23,498 nucleotides of DNA, from IMG/VR virus record IMGVR_UViG_2537561944_000018; one strand, 5' to 3'. Positions 7,836 to 15,717 of the stretch are shown here, piece by piece; positions within the stretch are counted from its first letter, which is position 1, and each line of letters starts with the position of its first letter. The notes under the pieces are model-generated. The model made no database searches and was not told the origin of the DNA. It saw nothing but the letters and a program-made list of their open reading frames with translations. The position numbers and the translations under genes are program-made. The DNA comes from a virus. Lineage: Duplodnaviria > Heunggongvirae > Uroviricota > Caudoviricetes.

Positions 7836-7919
7836 TTATCCCCAGCGGCAAATCGAATACACCACCAGCGCCACCGCCATCGCAATTCCTACCGTTGTGA
7901 ATGCTTCAGGCCAGGTCAT
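7836..7919 (-). CDS. 27-aa hydrophobic peptide, coupled to the upstream gene
   Basis: ATG 7919-7917 overlaps the upstream TGA (ATGA); GGAGG 10 nt upstream; [27 protein letters not shown]; stop TAA 7838-7836 just before the terminator. Below the ORF-track cutoff. Confidence 0.4.
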   Translation of the reverse strand: MTWPEAFTTVGIAMAVALVVYSICRWG

Positions 7920-8260
7920 CGTAAAATATCCTCCACGCTTATCAGTCCGTTCCGCTCCAGATAACTCATCGCCTTATCCGGTAATTTGCAGTCTGGCTTC
8001 GCTTTCCTCAGTTGCCAGGTTAACTGCTTTACCAGCATGGTTAACTCATCGACCAGACGCTGATATCCCACTGGTTTGTATTCATGCAATTTACCGGCTG
8101 GCTCTGCTGCCAGCGATACCAGTGCGATTTCCAGAACAGCAATATCCATCTTATATGTGCGGATGATGTCATGGTCGATTGTGCCCGGTATGCACAGTCT
8201 CTGTGTTTCAATAGTCTCCTCTGCGTGAGCTATTAACTGCTCTCTGGTAAAAGTCGTCAT
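7916..8260 (-). CDS. Hypothetical protein, 114 aa
   Basis: ATG at 8260 overlaps the HNH gene stop (ATGA); no family recognised. Confidence 0.6.
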   Translation of the reverse strand: MTTFTREQLIAHAEETIETQRLCIPGTIDHDIIRTYKMDIAVLEIALVSLAAEPAGKLHEYKPVGYQRLVDELTMLVKQLTWQLRKAKPDCKLPDKAMSYLERNGLISVEDILR

Positions 8261-8622
8261 GCCGTAGCCCCTTCTTGATATTTTTCAAACCAGAACACAA
8301 CTGGGTCAGATTTCATTTCAACCAATCCCATACGAACCAGCGCTTTGCCTTTCCCGGACGCAAGGAATTCACGACGACCATCACTGATAATTCGCCGATA
8401 ATCTTCCAGACTACTGCAATGCTTGTGCAGATTGCATGGGTGGCATGCCGGAACCATGTTGGATATATCGTCACGTTCCTGGTGAAGCATATTTCCATCA
8501 AAACGAATGACCGGTTTTACATGGTCTGCATGCCACTTTTCGCCAAGTTCGCAGCCGCAATAAGCACAGCGACCGCCGAACTTCATGCGCAGCTCTGCAC
8601 GTTGTTTTTTCGTCAGTGCCAT
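8257..8622 (-). CDS. HNH endonuclease, 121 aa
   Basis: Internal ATG at 8622 with AAGGA upstream; CAYCGCEL...HADHVKPV...CHPCN HNH motif. Confidence 0.8.
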   Translation of the reverse strand: MALTKKQRAELRMKFGGRCAYCGCELGEKWHADHVKPVIRFDGNMLHQERDDISNMVPACHPCNLHKHCSSLEDYRRIISDGRREFLASGKGKALVRMGLVEMKSDPVVFWFEKYQEGATA

Positions 8623-8623
8623 A

Positions 8624-8842
8624 TCAGCTTTCCTTATACGGATTAATTTTATTGTGCAGTGTGCTGAACGACGCCCACACCACGTCGTTATACAATTCAA
8701 TAACTGGCTCAATTATTTTCACGATAAACCAGACCAGTAATAGCGGGGGTATCGGTATCATCAACACGATAAATATAATGAGAAACAAAAATTCTGTCGC
8801 TCTACTTTTTCTCGGATATTCTTTTCTGAATAATGTAGTCAT
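8624..8842 (-). CDS. Small membrane protein, 72 aa
   Basis: ATG at 8842; central hydrophobic stretch FLFLIIFIVLMIPIPPLLLVWFIVKII; stop TGA 1 nt before the HNH ATG. Confidence 0.5.
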   Translation of the reverse strand: MTTLFRKEYPRKSRATEFLFLIIFIVLMIPIPPLLLVWFIVKIIEPVIELYNDVVWASFSTLHNKINPYKES

Positions 8843-8847
8843 TTCTT

Positions 8848-8872
8848 ACCGCCCTTTCAGGCGGCCTCCTGA
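8848..8872 (-). promoter_or_regulatory. SD-hairpin element, copy 1 (structured ribosome-binding site)
   Basis: Minus RNA UCAGGAGG-CCGCCU-GAAA-GGGCGG, 6 nt before the AUG at 8842; 24/25 identical to 9920-9944. Confidence 0.5.
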
Positions 8873-8929
8873 TGTTTTGAGGGTGCAGAAATCCCTCCGG
8901 TTAAGGATTAAATTTTTAACTAAATTTAA

Positions 8930-9565
8930 TTATTCAGGCGCGATAAGCTGTTCCGCACAATCCAGCAATGCTTCTGTCGCTTCCTTAAGCGTTACTGTAT
9001 CGCTATCATCCAGTCCTGCAACTTTTTCGTACCTGACAAACGCCGCGCAAAGCTCGTTAAACAACCCCGCCCGTACTTCAGCCAGGAAAGCGTCGGTGGC
9101 CGGAGTTTCAGGAATCCGTCTCCTCATCCGTTCTATTGCATGATTGAACCCGAAATCTTCAGCAAGAGATACGTCATCCATATTGTCATTGTCGTCCTCA
9201 ATATCCCGTGGTTCTGGAATTGCAGACTTTATTACCGCATTCTCCGCCGCCAGCGCCACAAGATTAGCTTTCAGCTCTGCAATTCGTTTGTTTTGGGCTT
9301 CCCGTTCATCCAGTAGTGCCAGCGCAACATTTGGATTAAAAGCAGCAATAAATTCAGCGTTTGCATAAGCCTGAACATCTGTTTCAACCAGGCAGTTAAC
9401 ATGACATTCTGCAATTACGCCACCGGGCTCTCCTTTCCATTTTTGACAAACAAAAACTCCTGTTATATTCCCATGCTGATTGCCCGATGTATGCCCTACG
9501 ATGTAGCATCCTTTAGTTGCTTTCTCTGCTGCTTCACGCAGCGCCTGATAGTCAATCTCGCTCAT
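8930..9565 (-). CDS. Ead/Ea22-like protein, 211 aa
   Basis: N-terminal MSEIDYQALREAAEKATKG characteristic of Ea22-like proteins as recalled; ATG overlaps the upstream stop (ATGA). Confidence 0.75.
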   Translation of the reverse strand: MSEIDYQALREAAEKATKGCYIVGHTSGNQHGNITGVFVCQKWKGEPGGVIAECHVNCLVETDVQAYANAEFIAAFNPNVALALLDEREAQNKRIAELKANLVALAAENAVIKSAIPEPRDIEDDNDNMDDVSLAEDFGFNHAIERMRRRIPETPATDAFLAEVRAGLFNELCAAFVRYEKVAGLDDSDTVTLKEATEALLDCAEQLIAPE

Positions 9566-9738
9566 TCATCGCCCCACTCATCACAATATGCTTCGACCGG
9601 ATTTTTTCCTGCTTCATAATCATCACGCCATGCTTCAGCATCAGCAGCACTGCCACCACGTAACTCTGCATATTCCATTAACAGTTCATGCCATTCTTCA
9701 AAACTGACGCTGTATTTAGTTGAACCAAAATCAGCCAT
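9562..9738 (-). CDS. Hypothetical acidic small protein, 58 aa
   Basis: ATG at 9738 (4 nt before the upstream TGA), stop overlaps the Ea22-like ATG; MADFGSTKYSVSFEEWHELLMEYAELRGG.... Below the ORF-track cutoff. Confidence 0.5.
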   Translation of the reverse strand: MADFGSTKYSVSFEEWHELLMEYAELRGGSAADAEAWRDDYEAGKNPVEAYCDEWGDE

Positions 9739-9913
9739 TTTGTTCTTCCTCTTCGTCTTTTATTTCGTGATATGAATAATTGCAGTAGTTAAAGAAAATA
9801 TCTTTTGCTTCGTCATGTATTTCATCAGGCGTCGCATCATCATCCACTTCGAATTCATCCTCGAAATCTCCACCGGCTATTCCCGTTTCAATAATTATTT
9901 TAAACTTTCGCAT
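9731..9913 (-). CDS. Hypothetical acidic small protein, 60 aa
   Basis: ATG at 9913 preceded by SD-hairpin copy 2; coupled to the downstream ORF. Confidence 0.55.
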   Translation of the reverse strand: MRKFKIIIETGIAGGDFEDEFEVDDDATPDEIHDEAKDIFFNYCNYSYHEIKDEEEEQNG

Positions 9914-9919
9914 TTAACT

Positions 9920-9944
9920 ACCGCCCTTTCGGGCGGCCTCCTGA
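9920..9944 (-). promoter_or_regulatory. SD-hairpin element, copy 2
   Basis: Minus RNA UCAGGAGG-CCGCCC-GAAA-GGGCGG, 7 nt before the AUG at 9913; the loop-closing pair is C-G here versus U-G in copy 1. Confidence 0.5.
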
Positions 9945-9946
9945 CA

Positions 9947-10159
9947 TTAATCGTTGTGGTAACTCATGGCTTCATTTGCAACATCAACCGGATCAACCTC
10001 CCACCAGCAATAATTTGGTGCGTTTCCTTCAGGTGTCCACGGTTCTAATTCATTTTTTGCCGCATTCTCATCGCCAGTAATTTTAAAAATCTGCTCAGAG
10101 AATTTTCTTGCCCACTCGTTATATTTTTCCGCATTAATGGCTTTCTGTGTATTTAACAT
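9947..10159 (-). CDS. Hypothetical small protein, 70 aa
   Basis: ATG at 10159 with GGAGG 7 nt upstream. Confidence 0.55.
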   Translation of the reverse strand: MLNTQKAINAEKYNEWARKFSEQIFKITGDENAAKNELEPWTPEGNAPNYCWWEVDPVDVANEAMSYHND

Positions 10160-10209
10160 AAATATACCTCCAGTTCAGGATTAGATTTTATTTACAGCGC
10201 TAAATTTAT

Positions 10210-10566
10210 TTATTCAGTTCTGGATTTTGTCGCCCTGCGTATCCGCGCTTTCGCGTTACGTTCAATCTGAATTAACTTTTCTATATTTTTCCGCCTTTCC
10301 TGTTCCTCCTGGCGCAATAGCCTTACATCATCTGCCAGTCTGGTTTCTCTTTTCGCCACAGAGAGCATCCAGTCAAACGGCTCCACAACCGCACCGCAGA
10401 TTTTACAGCGGACCTGGCGCTCTTTTTCGTCAACCCGAACAGAGGCGTGATGACAATATGGTCTTTCCGATGGCTCATAAAGAAAATTAACCTGATTACG
10501 AGGGTCATCCTCTTTTACCGGAAATAAAACGATATTGCTTAACTCATCCTCTGGTTTTATTTCCAT
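10210..10566 (-). CDS. Hypothetical protein with Cys/His zinc-binding motif, 118 aa
   Basis: ATG at 10566 preceded by AAGGAGAGGAG; CHHASVRV...CKICG motif; start overlaps the upstream Ea22-like 3' end. Confidence 0.6.
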   Translation of the reverse strand: MEIKPEDELSNIVLFPVKEDDPRNQVNFLYEPSERPYCHHASVRVDEKERQVRCKICGAVVEPFDWMLSVAKRETRLADDVRLLRQEEQERRKNIEKLIQIERNAKARIRRATKSRTE

Positions 10567-11005
10567 GCTCCTCTCCTTTGATGCGAATGCCAGCGACGCG
10601 TAATGCGTGTTCTAGGTCAATCAGGTAAAGCCAACTGCCATTTTCTTTAGGTATCATGACATGTCGCTCATCTGCATTTATCGGGTGTCCATATCGAAGG
10701 TCGTAGCGAGTCGGTAATTGAACTTCCCGCGCATCCAGTTCAGCAATACGCTTGCTCCCATCAGAGATAACGCCTTCGTAATACTCACGCTGCTCGTTGA
10801 GTTGTGATTTTGCTTCTTCCAGTCCATCCAGCAAACCAGCGATAATATCCGCTTCCCGATGACGGATATGACGCTTAAACGCAGCAAGAGCCGCATCACA
10901 ATCCCGTTCAGCATTTGGGCTGTCCGGGGTAGCCTGATACCACGCCAGCGTCGACTGATAGTTTTGTGCTGCCTCACGAAGCGCCTCATAGTTAACCTCT
11001 CTCAT
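10544..11005 (-). CDS. Ead/Ea22-like protein (paralog), 153 aa
   Basis: N-terminal MREVNYEALREAAQ; AGGAGG 7 nt upstream of ATG 11005; ATGA overlap with the DUF4406 stop. Confidence 0.7.
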   Translation of the reverse strand: MREVNYEALREAAQNYQSTLAWYQATPDSPNAERDCDAALAAFKRHIRHREADIIAGLLDGLEEAKSQLNEQREYYEGVISDGSKRIAELDAREVQLPTRYDLRYGHPINADERHVMIPKENGSWLYLIDLEHALRVAGIRIKGEEHGNKTRG

Positions 11006-11298
11006 CGAGCCACCTCCTGATAAATCACCGCATGCCCCAGTTTCTCCGCCAGTGCCAGCTCTGCCTTAGCGCCCGCTGACCGCTGCCAGCCATTCAGCAT
11101 GTAAATCGCATCCACACAACGAATCATTGCCATGCAAATATCCATGTAGTGCGGCTGTGTCAGCCCGTCCGGAAGTACTGCCGGAGTTAAGACGGTATGC
11201 CCTTCCCGTTTCAGTTCCTCTTCCGCCTTGTGAAACGCCTCACGGTTGAAATTTTCATATCCCGTCATTGGACCGGCAATATAAACTCTCACCCTCAC
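11002..11298 (-). CDS. DUF4406-like protein (nucleoside deoxyribosyltransferase-like fold), 98 aa
   Basis: GTG at 11298 preceded by AGGAGG with 7-nt spacing and overlapping the upstream TGA (GTGA); VYIAGPMTGY motif. Confidence 0.65.
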   Translation of the reverse strand: MRVRVYIAGPMTGYENFNREAFHKAEEELKREGHTVLTPAVLPDGLTQPHYMDICMAMIRCVDAIYMLNGWQRSAGAKAELALAEKLGHAVIYQEVAR

Positions 11299-11687
11299 TC
11301 CATCACCTCCTGAAAGTTTCCCCGATAGAACGCCAGCACACGCTGCATAACTTCGCTCTGGCGGCACTCACGACAAATTATGTTCTGCCGTCTGTTGTAA
11401 CGACGTATTTCTCCGTCAGGTAACTTTCGAATCAGTGTCGGGTCAGCAGCCTTCTCCGGTGTCTTACGCCATACGCGATACGCCTGCTCTGATGGAAATA
11501 CCCCGCAACCAGAGAGCCAGACATCACCACTGGCCGCAAGCGCACCAGATAAACGACGAATAGCGGTCTTACTGACACCCGTTTTATCTGCCAGTTGTCG
11601 AAAAGTTTCTCGTCCGCTCAGGCGCACGAATTCCACAATGCGCGCCTTCACTTCTTCCCGCTCTTCTGGTGTAAATTCTTTTGCCAT
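11295..11687 (-). CDS. Hypothetical HTH-containing protein, 130 aa
   Basis: ATG at 11687 with GGAGG 5 nt upstream; HTH-like TFRQLADKTGVSKTAIRRL and a C-terminal CRECRQ. Confidence 0.6.
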   Translation of the reverse strand: MAKEFTPEEREEVKARIVEFVRLSGRETFRQLADKTGVSKTAIRRLSGALAASGDVWLSGCGVFPSEQAYRVWRKTPEKAADPTLIRKLPDGEIRRYNRRQNIICRECRQSEVMQRVLAFYRGNFQEVME

Positions 11688-12024
11688 AAGCGCCTCCGGC
11701 AATCACTTTTCCGATACAACACGGCGGGAAGAATCAGTAATCTGTCGAACAATATCCCGGTGCTTGTTCAGCTCCCGCAGCGCGGCGCAGACTCGCTCCC
11801 ACTTCTGAACCTGACCTTTTGCCCGGCGCAGCTCGCGGTTAGCCACATGCAGCGATGGTAAAATCAGACCATCCGGATGTTTTCTGGTGAACGACGGCTG
11901 TGACTGCACTGTGACCGCCACACTTTCCGTTTTTATTTCTTCCTGTGTTTCTGCTTCCCGTGAGGTAGCCTGAGTTTAACGGACACTCCTTCCTGAAATA
12001 GAATGGCATCAGAAGGAGCTAATA

Positions 12025-12327
12025 ATGAGCAGAAAAACCCAACGTTACTCTAAAGAGTTCAAAGCCGAAGCTGTCAGAACGGGTCTCGAAAATCAACTTT
12101 CGATCAGTGAAGGCGCTTCCCGATTATCTCTTCCTGAAGGCACTTTAGGACAATGGGTTACCGCCGCCAGAAAAGGGCTCGGTACTCCTGGTTCCCGCAC
12201 GGTGGCTGAACTGGAATCTGAAATTCTGCAACTGCGTAAGGCGTTAAATGAAGCTCGCCTTGAGCGAGATATATTAAAAAAAGCAACAGCGTATTTTGCA
12301 CAGGAGTCGCTGAAAAATACGCGTTAA
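12025..12327 (+). CDS. IS3-family transposase OrfA (HTH), 100 aa
   Basis: ATG at 12025; MSRKTQRYSKEFKAEAVR... typical IS3-family OrfA with a leucine-zipper-like C-terminus. Confidence 0.8.
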   Translation: MSRKTQRYSKEFKAEAVRTGLENQLSISEGASRLSLPEGTLGQWVTAARKGLGTPGSRTVAELESEILQLRKALNEARLERDILKKATAYFAQESLKNTR

Positions 12328-13181
12328 TCGAACAATGGCGACAACAATTTCCCATTGAAGCGATGTGTCAGGTATTTGGTGTATCCAGGAGCGGTTATTA
12401 CAACTGGGTACAGCATGAACCCTCAGACAGAAAACAAAGTGATGAGCGGCTAAAACTGGAGATTAAGGTGGCACATATCCGCACTCGCGAAACATATGGA
12501 ACCCGGCGGCTCCAGACGGAGCTGGCAGAGAATGGCATCATCGTTGGTCGTGACCGACTGGCACGTCTTCGTAAGGAGCTAAGGCTACGCTGTAAGCAGA
12601 AACGCAAGTTCAGAGCGACTACGAACTCGAACCACAATCTGCCAGTTGCGCCAAATCTGCTGAACCAGACGTTCGCTCCTACAGCACCAAATCAGGTCTG
12701 GGTGGCGGACCTGACGTATGTTGCCACACAGGAGGGATGGTTGTACCTCGCTGGCATCAAAGATGTTTATACGTGCGAAATTGTCGGCTACGCCATGGGA
12801 GAGCGCATGACAAAAGAGCTGACAGGTAAAGCTCTGTTTATGGCGCTCAGGAGCCAGCGCCCACCTGCCGGGCTAATCCACCACTCTGATCGAGGTTCAC
12901 AGTACTGCGCATACGATTACCGGGTCATACAGGAGCAGTTTGGTCTGAAAACATCAATGTCGCGTAAAGGTAACTGTTACGACAACGCTCCGATGGAAAG
13001 CTTCTGGGGAACGCTGAAAAATGAGAGCCTGAGCCACTATCGTTTTAATAACCGGGATGAAGCCATCTCAGTAATACGGGAATACATTGAGATTTTCTAC
13101 AATCGTCAGCGTCGTCACTCTCGTCTGGGGAATATCTCCCCGGCAGCCTTCAGGGAAAAATATCATCAGATGGCTGCTTAA
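12264..13181 (+). CDS. IS3-family transposase OrfB (DDE/rve integrase domain), made as an OrfAB fusion by -1 frameshift
   Basis: The -1 frame is open from 12264; slippery A AAA AAA G at 12276-12283 inside orfA; DDE motifs (...HHSDRGSQY...YDNAPMES...). Confidence 0.75.
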   Translation, partial: ARYIKKSNSVFCTGVAEKYALIEQWRQQFPIEAMCQVFGVSRSGYYNWVQHEPSDRKQSDERLKLEIKVAHIRTRETYGTRRLQTELAENGIIVGRDRLARLRKELRLRCKQKRKFRATTNSNHNLPVAPNLLNQTFAPTAPNQVWVADLTYVATQEGWLYLAGIKDVYTCEIVGYAMGERMTKELTGKALFMALRSQRPPAGLIHHSDRGSQYCAYDYRVIQEQFGLKTSMSRKGNCYDNAPMESFWGTLKNESLSHYRFNNRDEAISVIREYIEIFYNRQRRHSRLGNISPAAFREKYHQMAA

Positions 13182-13728
13182 AAAAAGAACAAATGGTAGT
13201 GTCCGCTATTGCCAGTACACCTCACCGAACTGGTAACGCAACACCTGCTGGCTGAGGAAAGGCTTTACCATCGGTTTCCGCTACGGATGCAGCTTCCGGC
13301 TCTGCCGGTAAATCAGCGCCCGGTATGCAGTAACGAAATTTACCGCCCTGATTCACGCGAATCAGACGCCCTTTGCTGATTACCATGGCCAGCGATGAAT
13401 TCGCCCGGCGGGAGGTAATCCCGAACATCAGTGCCAGCTCATCCGCCGTTTGTGGGCCATGTTGTTCAATCGCCTCAGTCAGCATTTGCGCTGTCACTTT
13501 CGGTACCGGTGACACCGGTTCACTTTCACCAGCCTGAATCAGCCACCACATCGACCCCTTGTTATCCGCTTCACCGCGGCGCTTCAGTTTCCACAGTTCG
13601 TTGACCGCATCTTCACGGCTGATTCCAAGGCGGGCCGCCACTACCTGTGAAGAGGCTCTTTTCAGTGCTTTCAGTGCGTCAAATACGGTTTCCATTAAAA
13701 TTTCCTCCGACAAAATCGTTTCTCAGAT

Positions 13729-14391
13729 TCAAATAAAACCAGCTGCCTTCCGGCGTTCGTATTCCTGTTTCAGCCGCTCAATTGGCGTTGGCCCTTGCGG
13801 GTGTTTCGCCCCTTCCAGTTGTCGTCGCACTGGCGGAACACTCATCCCGTTACCAACATGCTTTGCCCATTTCGTCAGTTGCCGTTCTGCAAGTAGTTTT
13901 AACTCACCCTGCGTCATCTGGCGCTCAATCCCTCTGGTACGCATTTCGAGGCAGATGTGGTACAGCACAGGCTGTGGCCACGGGTATTTATCACTCCCGT
14001 CGTATCGCCAGGATTCATTGCGCCAGCGCCGGTACTCTTCCATCACGGCATCCACCGTAAGACCAAATGGATTTGCCCCACTCTCCGAAATCAGCGCAAC
14101 AAACTCAGCCAGGTCCGGGGGCCACGTTTCACCCGCCCGGCAGCGGTCCATGCACTGACGGCAGACCAGACGGATTTGCTGTTCAGTCATCGCACCAATC
14201 TGGGCAATCCAGAGCTTCGAAGGTGCGGCCCCGTTCTTCTGAGTCCAGCGGTTCGAATACACCTCCCCCATAAGCTCCCACAGCTTCCAGGCCGTTTCCG
14301 TTGCTGATAAATCCGTTTTCACGTTCCCACTGTTCGCGTGCTGCCCGGATTTCCTGAACTGCCCGTGATGCCGTGCCACCTGATGCTGCAT
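13729..14391 (-). CDS. Lambda P-like replication protein (helicase loader), 220 aa if started at 14391
   Basis: C-terminal two-thirds resemble lambda P as recalled; ATG 14391 has AGGGGG 6 nt upstream but overlaps the O-like gene by 209 nt; in-frame ATGs also at 14271 and 14190. Confidence 0.6.
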   Translation of the reverse strand: MQHQVARHHGQFRKSGQHANSGNVKTDLSATETAWKLWELMGEVYSNRWTQKNGAAPSKLWIAQIGAMTEQQIRLVCRQCMDRCRAGETWPPDLAEFVALISESGANPFGLTVDAVMEEYRRWRNESWRYDGSDKYPWPQPVLYHICLEMRTRGIERQMTQGELKLLAERQLTKWAKHVGNGMSVPPVRRQLEGAKHPQGPTPIERLKQEYERRKAAGFI

Positions 14392-15193
14392 GGCTTACCC
14401 CCTTGCTGACTGGTTTTACCTGTGCCCTGACGTGCTGCACGTGGCGGGCAAATTTCTGCTCCCACTGAACCTGCGTGAAAACCTTCCCCTCCGCCATCCA
14501 GTAATCCCGGAATGCGGCAAGCTCAGCAGGTGTAAATTCCGGCTCAGGCAGAGCCATACCCCACACTGCTGCCCGTTGTCGAAAATCCGGCGACGGCTGC
14601 CAGACAGTAGTCATCGAAAATTTCCCGATCGGTTCGCTCAGGCCGTCCAGGTATTCAGGTTCGGCTGTCTGCAACGGCGCACCATGCGACTCACTGGTCG
14701 GAATACTCTCGCGTTCACGCACGTTATGTGTGGGGTTTAATTCTTTTAGATCTGTATCTTTATTAGTTGCTTTTGTGTTTGCGTCATGTTCAAACACAAC
14801 ACCAACATTTGTTTGAACACCTGTTAAATCTCTCTCTTGTTTTGTTTGAACATATGCTTCCTTTCTGCTTCTTCTGGCCTGAACAGATGCTTTTCCGGCG
14901 GCTGATTTTTTGGTCAATTTTTCCCTGACTGATGCCAGATCTTCCTCAATCCGAAGATGCACCCATTCATCGCTGTTATCGCAAAAAAACTCCCGCAAGG
15001 ATGGTTCCACATCAGCCCATCGCTCGTTAGTCAGACGGGAAATTTTTGCCAGCCTGTTTTTAGGTATTGGTTTCCCTGTTTGCCAGTAATTGAACATCAG
15101 CAACAAATACGCACCGTGCTCCTCTGCGGACAAATGCATGGTGTCAGCCAGGTAATCAGCTATGTACAGTTGCATGTATGGTAATGCGGCCAT
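14183..15193 (-). CDS. Replication initiator, DUF1376 N-terminal domain (O-like / YdaU-like), 336 aa
   Basis: ATG at 15193 with GAGG 5 nt upstream; MAALPYMQLYIADYLADTMHLSAEEHGAYLLL DUF1376-type N-terminus. The track ORF starts at TTG 15247. Confidence 0.7.
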   Translation of the reverse strand: MAALPYMQLYIADYLADTMHLSAEEHGAYLLLMFNYWQTGKPIPKNRLAKISRLTNERWADVEPSLREFFCDNSDEWVHLRIEEDLASVREKLTKKSAAGKASVQARRSRKEAYVQTKQERDLTGVQTNVGVVFEHDANTKATNKDTDLKELNPTHNVRERESIPTSESHGAPLQTAEPEYLDGLSEPIGKFSMTTVWQPSPDFRQRAAVWGMALPEPEFTPAELAAFRDYWMAEGKVFTQVQWEQKFARHVQHVRAQVKPVSKGVSHAASGGTASRAVQEIRAAREQWERENGFISNGNGLEAVGAYGGGVFEPLDSEERGRTFEALDCPDWCDD

Positions 15194-15279
15194 AATTGCC
15201 TCATCTTGTGACGAACCATCCTCTGGTGATATTCTGTGATTCCCCAATCAACAGAATCAGCAGGGGTCTGGCATAAATA

Positions 15280-15717
15280 TCAATGCACCACAACAGACTC
15301 GCCGGATGACCCGCCGTCGCTGAAATACGCTTTCCGGTAAACTGCCTGGACTGCATCATCATGCGCATCAATTGCCGTGCTCAACGCTTCCTGGGCCGCC
15401 AGTAATGCACGGCGCTCAACAGTGTCAAAAATACTGAGGTGATAACGCAGTTCACGCGGAAGAACAGTCAGGATAGCTGGAATTAGTGCCTGAATTTTTT
15501 CAACAGCATCAGGCGTATCCTTTTCAAGCCAGCGAAAAATATTTTGTATGTTCAATCCAATACCCTCTGTCGTAGAGGTGTCATGCATTGGTGGATAAGT
15601 CATTTCAAGCTCAAAATATGCTGTCGCTATATCATCAGCGATTTTTTTGCGCCCTACCCTCGGATAAAGCAGCCACGCATTCATCGCCATGCGGATGTGC
15701 TCATGCTTGATTTTCAT
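15280..15717 (-). CDS. YdaT-like protein (cII position), 145 aa
   Basis: ATG at 15717 overlaps the Cro-like stop (ATGA); C-terminal ...ERRALLAAQEALSTAIDAHDDAVQAVYRKA resembles Rac YdaT as recalled. Confidence 0.65.
   Translation of the reverse strand: MKIKHEHIRMAMNAWLLYPRVGRKKIADDIATAYFELEMTYPPMHDTSTTEGIGLNIQNIFRWLEKDTPDAVEKIQALIPAILTVLPRELRYHLSIFDTVERRALLAAQEALSTAIDAHDDAVQAVYRKAYFSDGGSSGESVVVH

Larger units (their letters stand above)
11961..13224 (+). mobile_element. IS3-family insertion sequence, IS600-like (1264 bp)
   Basis: Imperfect terminal inverted repeats starting TGAGGT...CGGACACT at both ends; flanked by a 3-bp direct repeat CCG (11958-11960 and 13225-13227); orfA/orfB with -1 frameshift architecture. 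Confidence 0.8.
11703..13695 (-). pseudogene. Hypothetical gene (about 241 codons, two winged-helix-like repeats) split by the IS600-like insertion
   Basis: N-terminal part 13695-13225 and C-terminal part 11960-11703 are in the same frame once the IS and one CCG copy are removed; no stops in the 11922-11960 bridge. Confidence 0.6.

Noticed and set aside
8843-10222. Repeated 25-nt and 45-nt motifs considered as a CRISPR array or REP elements
   Set aside because: Only two copies each, unequal spacing, each placed at a gene boundary; better explained as RBS structure and module linkers.
10678-10989. Minus-strand 103-codon ORF
   Set aside because: Alternate frame fully inside the 153-aa Ea22-like gene, which has the SD and the conserved N-terminal motif.
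13559-14307. Plus-strand ORFs 13559-14158, 13782-14060, 13957-14307, 14067-14273
   Set aside because: Antisense to the P-like and disrupted winged-helix genes; Ser/Pro/Arg-rich translations.
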